DNA of 64,000 nt from Lama glama. Its lineage: Eukaryota. The notes under the pieces were generated by a model that was not told the DNA's origin, ran no database searches, and saw only the letters and a program-made list of their open reading frames with translations. Location: assembly GCA_028534125.1 (NCBI GenBank), contig CM052832.1, forward strand, positions 22,818,001 through 22,882,000. The letters run 5' to 3'. The position numbers and the translations under genes were made by a program. This document shows, one piece after another, positions 51,966-64,000 of this stretch; positions within the stretch are counted from its first letter, which is position 1, and every line of letters starts with the position of its first letter.

Positions 51966-53829
51966 GATGAGAATCCATTTACTCCTGCAGTCTTTATAAG
52001 TCTTCATTTATTTTGCTTTCTTCTTCAATATTTTCCTAAAAAAAATCTCCTCCTGTGCCAGCAACTAGACAATGAACTAAACAAATAAATTGTTGGCTAA
52101 CAGATATGGGAGTTAAAAAATATGATAAAAAAGGAAACAAATTTTCTTCTTGAAGTAACAGGTGAATTAGCTGTGAATCCTAGTATCTTTGGGCTGTCTC
52201 AGGAGTCTGGCTAAAGCTGATCCCCTTTGTCCTCCCCTATATAGTAGGAAAAATCTTTTGTAGCTTGGTCTTTTCAGTGATTTCCTACGCATTTTTAAGA
52301 ATAATTTCAAACTATTAATTTGTCAAAATAATTTTAAAGTAATGTCATGATGATTTTGAATGATGATGTATATTCAATCTAAAACTAAAACATGCCACAC
52401 TGAAACAAAAAAATTAAGCAATAAACTACTTAAAATAGAAGTTATTACCTTTAATATTCCACACAGATTAAAGTCTGTTATATACTGAAAGGAAGGTATT
52501 CCAAATGGAGACAAAATATGTAGGTGAGAGAGGAAAAGGTAAAAATAATTTGAAAATAAAATTCTTGGATGAATGTTATTTAAAAATAGTGACTAGTATT
52601 TTAATTTGATATACATTTAGTGATAGAAAAAGCTGCTGGGTAAATAACTGTAAAAATCCCAATTTTTTTTCCATCATATCAGATAATAGATACTAAAAGA
52701 CTCCTCTAAGTTTAAGAAAAAATTATTAAAACCATCAATAAATTGTAGTCAATATGGATTTATTTAAATTACATATTTTACTTTTAGTCATCATCATTAA
52801 TAACTCCTGTGCCTTTCTTGTGTTACTGAATCCATGTTCTTAGTGGATTACTCAACGGATGGAAAGTGCCAGCAGAGAATCTGCCTTGGTTCCTTGGATT
52901 ACATATTTTTTGTCTTGAATTATCTATGTTAGCTTTTAAAATAAATGCCTTTATCCACTTATACATTTTGACTTTTTTGGTTTTAATATACTTTACTATC
53001 TCTCAAACCACTTCCTTTCCTTTTCTACCTTTGTTCAAATATTATTTTTTCTCTGAAATAGTGACATCACTTTACCTTGACATCACTCCCACCGTATCTG
53101 GAATTATTTGTCTTCCCTTCTGAACTGGAGGGCACAGAGAGCAGGATGTAGAGCAGGAAAAGCACAGCTGAGGCTGACTGCAGTCTTTGCTGTGGTCCCA
53201 AGTCCACTCTCATTGCTGAGGTCCCACCAGATGTCCTTTATGAGACTCCATTCCACACAGCTTGGGATGAATTCAACTCTTTGGGGCTTTGACTCACTCT
53301 CCCAACTTAACACTACATGTTGGAGCAAGAGCATCAGGGGCCCTTCCTGTTTCTGCCAAGGTCCAGATGTGGCTTGTAGAGCATTTACTCAGTATTTTAT
53401 CTTGATTCTCTCAGGCACATCTACTCATCCCTTTAGCCAACTCCTTTTCAAATTAGAATATTCAGAAGTATTCTTAGGATTTTGTAGCTTTCTATGTCCT
53501 CAGTCCTGCTTCCTGAGGTAGGAGCAAGGTTGAGAATCCTGACAACTTGGTCATTATACCAGAATCTTCTATCCTTTCACTGGTCATCACTCTTTGAGGT
53601 TGATAATTTTCCATATTTCTTTCTGTGGCTAGAAAAATTTTGGTAGAGTTGTTTTGTTTTTGCTTGTGTTTATTGAAGGAGGGAGAGTCTGTCCCACAAC
53701 TTAACTGTACCACAATCCCTCAGGCCCAAAGTTATATTCAACTGCATCTGTGAGAGATGCATCTTAAAAACTTGGATTAAATACTAATATATTGAAATAA
53801 ATAAGCAGGTATGTGAAACACAAGTTCAA

Positions 53830-55100
53830 TGGCTTGGGCTGTCATAAATATTAAAATTTATCAACACTGAGTGTCGACTTTGTATAAACTAGTGGACCCG
53901 GTGATGTGAGAGGCATGAAGGTGAGTGAGTAGGGACAGGGAAATGGAACAAGATGCAAATACACTTACAGTCGTTCTACAAGGGAGCATTAAGTACTTTC
54001 AATAACAAATCATAGACTCAGTGTTTAGGTGAGTTAAAGAATGTAGGTAGTCTACCTAGTTAAGGGAATATTACAAGGCATAACGGAGAACATGACATTG
54101 CTAATGTATTTTAGAGACGGCCAGGAAAGAAGATAAAGTCATAAACTTTAGACACAGAAATGGGAAAGCATAGAGTTTAATTGGAAAAGAACAAGCTATA
54201 TGATAAGCATATAATTTTAAACACGCAGATGCATGGGAGGCGGTGGGGGAAAAAAAAGACTAAAAGTGGAGTGTGGAGCTGCCATGTAGGTAATTGAATG
54301 CCAGAGTGACTTACCTAACGGACAACAGAAAGCCATGAGTAGGTAGTAAGCAAGAGCATGATATGAATAGGTCAGTGAGGATGAACATTAACCTGGCAGG
54401 AGGAGAGAGGGTGAACCCTGAGATAGTGAAAAATGCCACAGGAGGTGTCATGACACAGGCTCTTGTTCCAGTTTTTCACATGACCCAGATGTGTGAGATT
54501 AAGTGAGTCATTCAACCCCTCCTAAACTCATTGCTCTCTTTGTAAAATAAAGGTGATAAACTGGGTTTCTGTTACTTACTCTAGCTCTCAAATAGCAGAT
54601 ATTGTAATGAGGAAAACATGAAGACTCTTTATGTAGTAATAATTTTTTGCAAAAAAAAAATGGGAGAATGAATTATAGTGATTGGAGTACTTACAGAAAA
54701 TATTTTTGTAATTCAAGAGAATTTTCAGAGGTAAGATCAAGTAGGAGAAATTGCATTTCAAGATGATTCCAAGTTTCTGATTTTGTGTTACAGGAGGATG
54801 CAGATGACTTCCAGAATTGTAGAAATCAGGCTGAGGAGCTGTTTTTAAGAACAAGACCATTGTATCAGCATGGAATACTGGGAGGTTAAGGAGTGATGTC
54901 TACGTACAGTGATGATACACTGGTGGCTAGAAATGCAAGTCTAACACTATGAAAGAAAAATGTAAAATATTTAAGACTCCACTTTATGAAAGTGATCATT
55001 TAAGTATAGAAGTGAAACTCAGTTTGTGAGATAGAGAGCAATGAAATGGAAAATGCAACTCTGCAAGGCATGCTTATTAGTAATTAAGATGCTCTAGGCA
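53830..55100 (-). mobile_element. L2 remnant (antisense) with a MIR fragment at about 54460-54590
   Basis: Purine-rich L2-antisense strings ('caagatgattccaagtttctgattt', 'agaaagccatgagtagg...taagcaagag'); MIR-like 'aagtgagtcattcaacccctcctaaactcattgctctctttgtaaaataaaggtgataa'. Confidence 0.55.
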
Positions 55101-56044
55101 AAACATAAGGGGTAGAGAATTCTGCTAACAGAAGTGTTAGTACATATATGCTCTCAAACAATTTTGCTCTGGCCCACTCCACGGCTGCTCTTCCTGGGAA
55201 CTACTGCGTCCTTCTTGCCCCTACTAGATACCCAACAGGCAGTGACGCTGGCACTCATGGACCCCACACACTCTCACAGGCTCTACCACCCACTGGAGAT
55301 TTGTTTTAATAAATCTATGGGGTTGTCTGTGGCTAGGTGGGGAAGTATTTTTTCTACCCTTTGGTCACACTCTGGTCTAGAATTCCTGAAATAAGACCAT
55401 TTATGCCTCATTGTTCTGTAATTATTTTAGAAAAAATTAGACCAAATCACTTCAGTTTTAATACACAGTCTCTGTTCTCCATTGCTCTAGATATGCATCC
55501 AGAAGAGCCAGGTGGTAAGACACATCCGGGAGACAGTAATCACACTGTGTTCAGAATCACTTCTCCTCTCTCATAACGAAATATTATAATAAGCCCAATG
55601 CCCTGAGATGCTCCTTCCTCAAAACAAGATCTCTCATCCTCACCCCTCACTCTAAATATCTTTCTTTGGACCTGTCCTACCAGTTAAGCAGAAATGCTCA
55701 GATCACTCATATTTAAAGCAGGGATTAAGTGGCCAAGCACTGGAAATGGGATGGGGTGTAACATTATGAAACTCATGACACATGAGAACTGGGACAATGA
55801 ATTTCTTCCCAGGGATCCCTTTATTATAGCATGAGGCATTCCATTCAATACACCAAAAGTCTCTGAAGAAACTGTGACATTTGTGTGGCTCTAACTAGCC
55901 AACTGCTGAGTGCAGAGGCAGCATCCCACGAGAGGGTTGAATCTATCTGACTGAAATCTCTGTTATGATTCTAAAGTGGATTTAATCTTCCATGTTGTAA
56001 ATGGATGTGACAATGAATTCTGAAACAACAAAAAAAATGGAGGT

Positions 56045-56722
56045 TTTATGATCCAGCAATAGCTCATCGCTATTGACCCAAACAAGTTGAAAACTTATGT
56101 CCAAACAAAAATCTGCATAGAGATGTTTATATTGGCTTTATTCACAACTGCCAAAATGTGAAAGCAATCTAGATGCCCTTCAGTAGGATAAATAAACTGA
56201 GGTACATCCAGACAACAGAATATTACTCAGCATTAAAAAGAAATGAGCTATTGAACCATGAAAAGACATGGAGGAAACTTAAATGCACCTTAGTAAGTAA
56301 AAGCCCGTCTGAAAAGCCTACAGACTGTTGGATGCCAACTATATGACATTCTGGAAAAGGCAAAGCTACAGAGATAGTGAAAAGTGCAATGGATGCCAGG
56401 AGTCATGAGGAGGGAGGAATGAGTATGTGGAGCACAGAGGAAGTTTAGGGCAGTGAGACCACTCTGGATGATACTGTAATGGGGGATATGTGTCATCATA
56501 CATTTGTCGAAGCCCACAGAATGCGACAGGTGACCCCTAATGTAAAGCATGAACTTTGGGTGATGATAATGTGTCAGCTGATCAGCTGTGACAAACATAC
56601 TGCTGTGATGCAGGACATTGATAGTGGGGAAGTTACGCAGTGTGGGGGTCCGGTGTGAGAACTCTGTACTCCCTGCTTTCTGCCGTGAACCTAAAACGGC
56701 TCTAAAAAATAAAGCCCATTTG
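56045..56722 (+). mobile_element. L1MC1-like 3' end
   Basis: 'tgaaaacttatgtccaaacaaaaatctgc', 'aaagaaatgagctattgaaccatgaaaagacatggaggaaacttaaatgca', end 'gaacctaaaacggctctaaaaaataaag'. Same family as 26815-28413, opposite strand. Confidence 0.9.
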
Positions 56723-58074
56723 AAAGCAGGAGGGAACCTGGAGTTTTCATTACTCAATTAATATCCTCAATGTAATTAGATTCCATTAACGTAAATGTAG
56801 CCCTCCAGTCCACCTGTAAAAATGTCTATTTCCAAATTCATGAACCCCAACATTTTTTCAATAATAATTATATTAATATAGGCTTTAAAAGATTCCTGAA
56901 TAATTTAAAGAAAAAAGTTTCACATATTTCTTTCTTTGGAATTACACGAATCTATGCCATGTTTCAAACCTGAGACACTAAAATACTAATAATAATCAGG
57001 ACGAAATCCATATGACAGTTCCCTGCCCTTGAGGAACACAGGGGAGGCAGATGACAACAGGTAAAATGTGTTGATGTACGCCGGCTACTTGGAATGTATC
57101 ATTTCACTGTAATTTCTGTAACAACTTTTAAACAGATATTACTATTTCCACTTTAGTAATATTTTTCCTAGGACACGGTCAGGATTTGATTTTACAAACA
57201 TGTTTTGTTTTGAAGTCCCTGATTCTCCAGGTACCCAAACTCCCTGGTTGTAGACAAGAAGACCAGTTTTTCCCCAGATTATTTGCTCAGAATTATAGGA
57301 GAAAATTTAACAACTGGGCCAGAGGCCTCAAATAGGATGAAACACTGGAGACACTGTCGTATGAATCAGCAGTAGGAAAGGACAACAGGAAAAGTAGGAA
57401 TTAGTCTAGAACAGCTATAACTAGGGTTAAAAGAACCCTCTGGAAGGAGAGCAGCACTAGAGACCACAATGGGATAAGAAACGCAGCCTCTTTCTTAACC
57501 AGGATGAGAAGGCTGATGGAGGCTAAGGAAAGGATGGCTACAGAGGTGAAGAAAAAGGGGATAACGGTCCAGGAGTGGAGACATACCCACCAACTGTGGG
57601 CCAGCGCTGGGGAGTGGGGCGTGGTGGTGATGGCAAGTCGCAAGGTGGAGGAAAGAGAGAGTAGAAATAAAGACATGCGTTTTCAATTTTAATTTTTCAC
57701 TTCTGAAACCCAGCTCGAGCTAGCCTGAAACTGACACCACTCTCACTGTTCTATGTACTGATGTGGGAAGGAGCACCACTAAAGCAACTGGCTACTAAGC
57801 TCGCCTTTGAGGCTCAGAATCTGAAATGCCAGGGTGACCCTGACACTGAGATCCTGTTCACCTGCTCAATGCCAAGGTCAGGATCTTCCCACTATGCCAC
57901 ATCCCTGCCATGGGTGAGAAAGAATAAATAATAGTTAGTTCCAATAATTGTTGGTGAGCTCAAACCCAGCTAACATTTCCTTTCCTTTGCCTCTCTCCCC
58001 ACAAGTCCTCCAGGTGAATACACATGTTTCTGGCTCCTGGGTCTGTCTTCTGCTCCACTGACGAGAGTTGAGCA

Positions 58075-58230
58075 AAGCCGCAGTGGTCCTAGCTGATACA
58101 TGTTAGACTCATCCGGGCAGTTTCTAGAAATAAATGCCTGGGCCCAAACCCTGGGGGGCAGGGAGGGCTTGGGAGGTTTCCAACCCTCTGGAGGGATTCT
58201 AATGCAGTGAGGACTCAGAAATACTGAAAG
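58075..58230. mobile_element. MER5-like hAT-Charlie DNA transposon remnant
   Basis: 'gttagactcatccgggcagtttctagaaataaatgcctgggcccaaaccc...gattctaatgcagtgaggactcagaaatactg'. Confidence 0.5.
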
Positions 58231-59719
58231 AGCATCTTCCTCTCCAAACTGCATGTGATGTAACAAAGGATGAGATGTTATGTAGTGAATTCTCAAGCAG
58301 GCTTTTTACTCTTCTGTGTGAGCTAGCACCTTTGTGGTGAGATAATTTGTCTGTCAATAAAATCACTTTTAAAGTTTTAAAAATTGAGATTTCTTGTTTT
58401 TTAACACAAAGAACAGCATAAGCCAGTATCAAAGTACCAACAGGAATTTGGATTTAAACAGATCTGGCGTTTTTCCTGCATGTCTTTTTGAGGGGTGGGG
58501 GTGGGGATCCATTCATTATCATCTTCTCCAAGAAAACCAGCAAGAAGTGACCATTTCCCCTGGGTAATCACTTGAATGTGAATGCTAGTAATTCCATTCT
58601 AAACAACCCAGGTACACAACTAGAGTCTGCTAAGAAAAAAAAATAAAATATACTAAATTTATAATAATGGCTTCTGGATACTGAACTTTTAAAAATAACT
58701 TCAGGTTATCGAAAGTCATTTATATCCGAAGTGTGACGAGCCAAGGACAACAAGCTACAGGACCCTAAAAAGTGCTCCAGCCCTGGAACATAGTATGATG
58801 AAAAACCTGCAAAGAATTCTTTGTTCCCTAGAAATATAAGATCTTGTTAAGAATTTTAAAATTATTAATCTTTGGAAGGGTGGTTTTTCACCCTCTGTCT
58901 TAGGACTAAAGTATCTTGCAATTGAGTAAGAGTAAAGGGAACATTAAGTCTCAGGATTTGATGGCACGAGCTAAGGATGTTTCCTTAGATACAGACTAAG
59001 TTTCCCTGCCCCCAGGGCACCCTGCCACAGGGACTGCTGAGGACGTGGGTTTGCGCTGATGTGCGCATCTGGTAAAATGACACATGTGTGACCCTCAGTA
59101 TTTTCAATCGGCCTGCAGCTTGCAGACTGCTTTTGGTGTTGACTTTCCTTTGCCTAGAGCCTGCAAGAAATGTTTTGTTTCTAAGTCACCTGGTGTTGTT
59201 CACAACCTCTAGTTTCCATTTTCATACATACATACGATAGAAAAAACTGAAATCTCCCTTTCTTTATGAAGGTTTAAAAAATTAAGTTCTTAAACTGACT
59301 AGACATGTTTACGAGCCTCCGGCAGCTACCTGTCAACAGGAACTCTTGTATATACTTGTGTGTGTTCTTCATCTCGAAGAAACATATCCCCTGATTTGAT
59401 GAAAAGGCAGTGCAAATGAATGCTTCTGTAGCAGGGAAGGACTTTGTGACTCATGAATTTTAGGCTCCATTATGATTGGCTTAGCAAAGACCCCAGGCCA
59501 AATCTAAAAACATTTACAGAACATTGGTCTTCCTTTTAAAATGGCAGACAGCGAAACATCAAGCTCCAAAAGACGTGTTTTTGCTAATTTGCTGGTGACT
59601 GCATGGTAGAATGTGAAAAAAAGCTATTAGATGTTGAAAGAATTAATACACGAAATGTATTATACATACAGAGCAGACAATTAAAAACATTTTTTTAAAG
59701 GATGAAAGAATCACAAACC

Positions 59720-59945
59720 CACCATAGAGACAGGATAAACAGACCTGGGTTCCAGCCTTGAGTCTATATATCCTTATTGTGCAATATTCAGTAATTTCCA
59801 AACTATCTCCAAGCTTTAGGGTCTCTTCTGCATTATAGCCCTGATACTTCCTCCCTCACGGATAGCTGGGAGGGATTAAGTGGGGAAAGGTTTACAGCAA
59901 ACCCAACATGGCATCTGACAGAAAGTACTTGATAAACGTCAATTA
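59720..59945 (+). mobile_element. MIR SINE
   Basis: 'cagacctgggttccagcc', 'ggatagctgggagggattaagtgggg', 'tggcatctgacagaaagtacttgataaacgt'. Confidence 0.7.
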
Positions 59946-60134
59946 CCGTCCCTTTCCTATGTATCCTTAGAAATACACATTTAAAAAGTGGTAGGACTAC
60001 CTAGGACTTCAGAGCAGCAGAATTCTGACATGAGATCTTAACAGTTCAATTATGTTTTTCTCTTAGAACCTAAAAACATGCAGGGTGAAGCCAGTTCTTT
60101 GAGCCTGAGAAGTAAAATAATATCCCCATGAGGA

Positions 60135-60310
60135 AAGGCTGCGCGTGGAAGCTGGCGCTGCTGGGCTGCTTCTGTCTGGGGCCACAATTACCCACCACGC
60201 GTGTGCTTCACGGCCTTGAGAGTGGGGGGCAGCGCAGCACAATTCACTGTACAAAAGCAGCACGAGACAATGCGCCTTTCAGAAACGCTCTGAAATCCTG
60301 ATCACGGCAG
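60135..60310. promoter_or_regulatory. Small CpG-rich patch (candidate enhancer/orphan CpG cluster)
   Basis: About 11 CpG in about 170 bp of non-repeat sequence, with GCGTG, CACGCG and CACGAG motifs. Confidence 0.35.
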
Positions 60311-60664
60311 TGTCACAGAGATTAACAGTAAATTACAGAAAAAGTGCATGATAGCAGTGCATTTTTAAATGGAAGTGGGGGTGTGTGAGAGATCATAATA
60401 GGCATCTTCTTTCTGAATTTCTTATTGCCCTGTCTTTAGTGAAAGAAGAGACGTAATCAAAAGTAGATTAGGAGCGCAGCCCAGAAGTTGGTTGGGATAA
60501 TGTGCCTTTAGAGGGTGAAGGTCATATCACCTTCTGCATTTTAGCCTCTATTACACTCACGAAGGCAAAGATAAGCATGTTTCTATTTAATAGAGTAGCC
60601 ACAAAATCAATACAGAGAAATTGTTAATACGCAGTGCAAATGCCACTTGAAGCAAATGGCCTCA

Positions 60665-60830
60665 AGAAAGAGAGACTTTCAGAACAACAGGGGACTTTGG
60701 AAACAATCTTGCCCGGACTGTATCACTTAACAGGGGAGGCAAATGAAGCGCTAAGGAGTAAAGAAGACAACGGCGGTTATTTTCAAAGCCTAGAATTGAA
60801 CCCGGGCCCTCTGACGCCATAGTGGCTCTT
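60665..60830 (-). mobile_element. MIR SINE fragment
   Basis: 'gggactttggaaacaatctt...cacttaacaggggaggcaaatgaagcgctaagga...ctagaattgaacccgggccctctgacgcc'. Confidence 0.6.
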
Positions 60831-61035
60831 ACCATCATTCGTATGGTTGGGTGTAACTGTGTGTGTTCAAAGCCTTTAAGTACAGCTACAATTTCCACTC
60901 TCTAGTAGGAGCCATAAAAAGTCACAAAATAAATAAAAGGCGATTTTTACCAATGAAAATGTTTTTATGCTAACTGAAATTATTTCATCATCATCCTTCA
61001 CAAATCGAAAAGACTAGGTTAGATGAGAGTGATGG

Positions 61036-61727
61036 TTACCAGGGGGGTAGAGGGTGGGAAGGGATAGACTGGGATTTCAAAATTGTAGAATAGATAAACA
61101 AGATTACACTGTATAGCACAGGGAAATATACACAANNNNNNNNNNNNNNNNNNNNNNNNNNNNNNNNNNNNNNNNNNNNNNNNNNNNNNNNNNNNNNNNN
61201 NNNNNNNNNNNNNNNNNNNNNNNNNNNNNNNNNNNNNNNNNNNNNNNNNNNNNNNNNNNNNNNNNNNNNNNNNNNNNNNNNNNNNNNNNNNNNNNNNNNN
61301 NNNNNNNNNNNNNNNNNNNNNNNNNNNNNNNNNNNNNNNNNNNNNNNNNNNNNNNNNNNNNNNNNNNNNNNNNNNNNNNNNNNNNNNNNNNNNNNNNNNN
61401 NNNNNNNNNNNNNNNNNNNNNNNNNNNNNNNNNNNNNNNNNNNNNNNNNNNNNNNNNNNNNNNNNNNNNNNNNNNNNNNNNNNNNNNNNNNNNNNNNNNN
61501 NNNNNNNNNNNNNNNNNNNNNNNNNNNNNNNNNNNNNNNNNNNNNNNNNNNNNNNNNNNNNNNNNNNNNNNNNNNNNNNNNNNNNNNNNNNNNNNNNNNN
61601 NNNNNNNNNNNNNNNNNNNNNNNNNNNNNNNNNNNAGTGTGTATATGTCCATGAATGACTGAAAAATTGTGCTGAACACTGGAATTTGACACAACATTGT
61701 AAAATGATTATAAATCAATAAAAAAAA
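61036..61727 (+). mobile_element. Young 5'-truncated L1 3' end with poly(A) and target-site duplication, spanning the gap
   Basis: Near-identical to 16058-16256. AATAAA plus A-tail at 61717-61727; TSD gagagtgatgg at 61025-61035 and 61731-61741. Confidence 0.9.
61136..61635. other. Assembly gap (500 N)
   Basis: Run of exactly 500 N. Confidence 1.
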
Positions 61728-63407
61728 GAAGAGAGTGATGGATAAGGATTTCACATGGGGTTCAAGTAAAGTGGTTTGATATAAAAATTATTTTATTTTC
61801 TGCTTAGGTTTATGAAATTTGGCAACCACGCCCATCTGCCTAAAAGAACTGCCTACGTATTACACAACCAGGAGGTTGAGAACAATTAATGCTTCAAAGT
61901 ACCTCTCCTCCTTTGCCCAAATCCCACTCAAATTTGTCCTCTTCAAAAAACAAACAAAAAAAAAGGCCCTGCAAAAGTCTTGCCCCAGCCTGAGAAAGCT
62001 TTGTGTGAGGCTGTAGGGAAAAAGGCAAAATAATATAAACAGCAAGCCTGACAGCAGAGATGAGAGCCCTTCTCTCCGTGCTTTCCCTGGCTGCTCTGTC
62101 AAGATCTTGATGCCTGGTGATGAATAGATTGCATGTGTGCAGCAGAAGATAAAAATGATCTCTGTTGGCCCATTCCCAGCCACAGATGTCATGGCCTTGA
62201 CCTTAAATATCTTATTCCAGCCCTAGTTTGCCGAAATGCTGGAAGGCAAAATACTCTGTGTCACTGTGCCTCAGTGTGGTGAGAGGCTCCCAGAGCCTGG
62301 GAATGTGTTCATATTTGGTGATGCCTTCCTGCGTCACTAAAGCAATCAGATGGACCCAGCTTGAAAAGACAATAAGGGCTGGACAAAAGCCGAGAGGGCA
62401 AACAGATGGGTAATAATCCCCTCTTTATCATTCGTGTCTATGGAGAATTATTCAGCAGAACTGAATTCTCCGACGAACAGAGCTCTGGACGGCTTTATAA
62501 AATTATGGGATTTTTCCTTTCTATTTGCTTCTGTGCTTTGAGAGAGATGGCAAAATGATATTCTTATTCATAATAGTAGAGAATGGTTGCAGAATAAAAA
62601 GGATCCACTGACGCTGGTGGCAATCAATAGTGTGATGCCAGAGAGTGGGAGCTCCATTCAGCCAGAGCCCCTTTATCACGGATCAGGATATGCACAGGAC
62701 ATCTGTCAGCACCCTCTGCAAGTTCCCAGGGTCTGTGATGGACAGGGCAAGGGAAAAGAGATGGGGCATCCGCTATTCAGAGCTGACTCTAGAAATCAGA
62801 ATGACCCCAAGGGCCAACCAGATGATCTCCCCCCATTTCGTAAGTTTTGAAATAATTCAGTCAACTATGCCTTGGGAAGCTTCAGCTAACTGACTTGGTA
62901 AAAGAAGTCCCCCATAAACCAGGATCAGGCCGGAGAGCGGGGAGGCATCTGCTGCCATGGATAGTGTGCTGGCTGCTTTCATATTTCACAGGCCCTCCCA
63001 CGTCCTCAGCCGCTGCTCGGCTCCAAGGGGGTCCTGCAGGCACTGTGGGTACCAGAGGGCAGCTGGGGTGGGGCACAGACTCCAGGGATGCTCGCCACTG
63101 CAGGGAATCCCCACCAACTGCTGCTGTCATCTTGCTGGATGTAGCTTTTGTGGGCTTGTGTTTCCCAGAAATGCAGCAGGAATGGTCTTCTAAGCTTAGG
63201 CTGAGAACCTAACCACATGTGGAAGAAATTCTTCCACACTTGATTACCTTAGTTTTGGGGCTGCTGTTCAACAGGGGTTTACAGGGGAATAGCTGGGGTG
63301 TTACCCTATGTTATCACGGACCGGGAGAAAATACTTTTCTCATCAAGGCTGTTTCATCACACAAAAAGAACAACAGGAACAGCCGCTACTTACTGAGGTA
63401 CAAAGGG

Positions 63408-63443
63408 CGCGCGTGCGTGCATGCGTGTGTGTGTGTGTGTGTG
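63408..63443. repeat. Compound (CG)/(TG)n alternating purine-pyrimidine microsatellite
   Basis: gcgcgcgtgcgtgcatgcgtgtgtgtgtgtgtgtgtg, flanked by MIR-like sequence. Confidence 0.9.
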
Positions 63444-63889
63444 GATATATACAGTTAGAAGTTAAATGACTTCCTTAAGATATTACAATTCACAAACTTT
63501 GGGGCCCAGGGCTGTCTGATTCCAAATCTTAAGGCCCTTCTACAAAACCAAGCTACCCCACCTCTTGCACTTAGTTGCCGTTGATTCTTCACTGCCTTAT
63601 CCTCTTAACTCTCTTTTCACATTTTCTTAACTACATGGCAAGCACTTTGAGAGCAGGAGCCCCATTCTATATGCCTTTGTCTCCCCCTCAGAACCAAACA
63701 TGAGTCTAGCGAACACTCCCCTCAAGGCCACTACAAGACTTCCGTGTGATGGAAGTCGGTTACAGACATCTCAAGATTATCCCACAGTGCTATGAGACCT
63801 CAAAAGTCCTCATTTCATTTGAAGGATATGGCGGGAATAGTTGAGATCAGATAACTGAGGTCCTTGGATGCCAAACACAGCACAGACGA

Positions 63890-64000
63890 ATACCCATGTG
63901 CCTCTACGTTTCCTAGCCTCCCCCTACTGGCTGCATGTGGGACATATGACTAATTCTGAGGGACGGACTGTGAGCAGAACGACACACAGCATTTAAGAGC
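63890..64000 (+). mobile_element. MaLR LTR fragment (MLT1I/J-like), truncated by the window end
   Basis: 'ctacgtttcctagcctcccc...tgtgggacatatgactaattctg...ggactgtgagcagaa'. Confidence 0.55.

Noticed and set aside
62587..63239. Cluster of overlapping ORFs in moderately GC-rich DNA
   Set aside because: Mostly alternative-start ORFs on both strands with no domain similarity; explained by locally higher GC.
1..64000. CRISPR array, operon, phage or other prokaryotic system
   Set aside because: The sequence is mammalian repeat-rich non-coding DNA with no regularly spaced direct repeats and no long ORFs.

Overview
Mammalian (eutherian) non-coding genomic DNA, AT-rich and CpG-poor, with two 500-N assembly gaps (16257-16756, 61136-61635). 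I can support no protein-coding exon, RNA gene, CRISPR array or prokaryotic system. The ORF track consists of short, alternative-start chance ORFs plus decayed LINE remnants. Much of the window is old interspersed repeat (L1M-type L1, L2, MIR, MaLR MLT1 LTRs, LTR16-like, MER5-like, HAL1-like), recognised by eye from consensus-like strings, so subfamily names and boundaries are approximate. Two near-identical young, 5'-truncated L1 3' ends resemble cetartiodactyl L1 tails. With no visible Alu, B1/B2, SINEC, Bov-tA/CHR or PRE1 SINEs, a camelid is the best guess (inference). The most gene-like signal is a small CpG-enriched promoter-like region at about 6.9-7.9 kb with a minus-strand splice donor, possibly the first exon of a gene running off the left edge, which would make the rest of the window upstream regulatory DNA. 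Other notable items: a 92-bp local duplication inserted inside an L1, an intact TSD showing one gap is probably about 39 bp rather than 500, several CpG/TF-motif clusters, a perfect NRF2-type ARE and two palindromes/hairpins. I did not find a convincing novel biological system.
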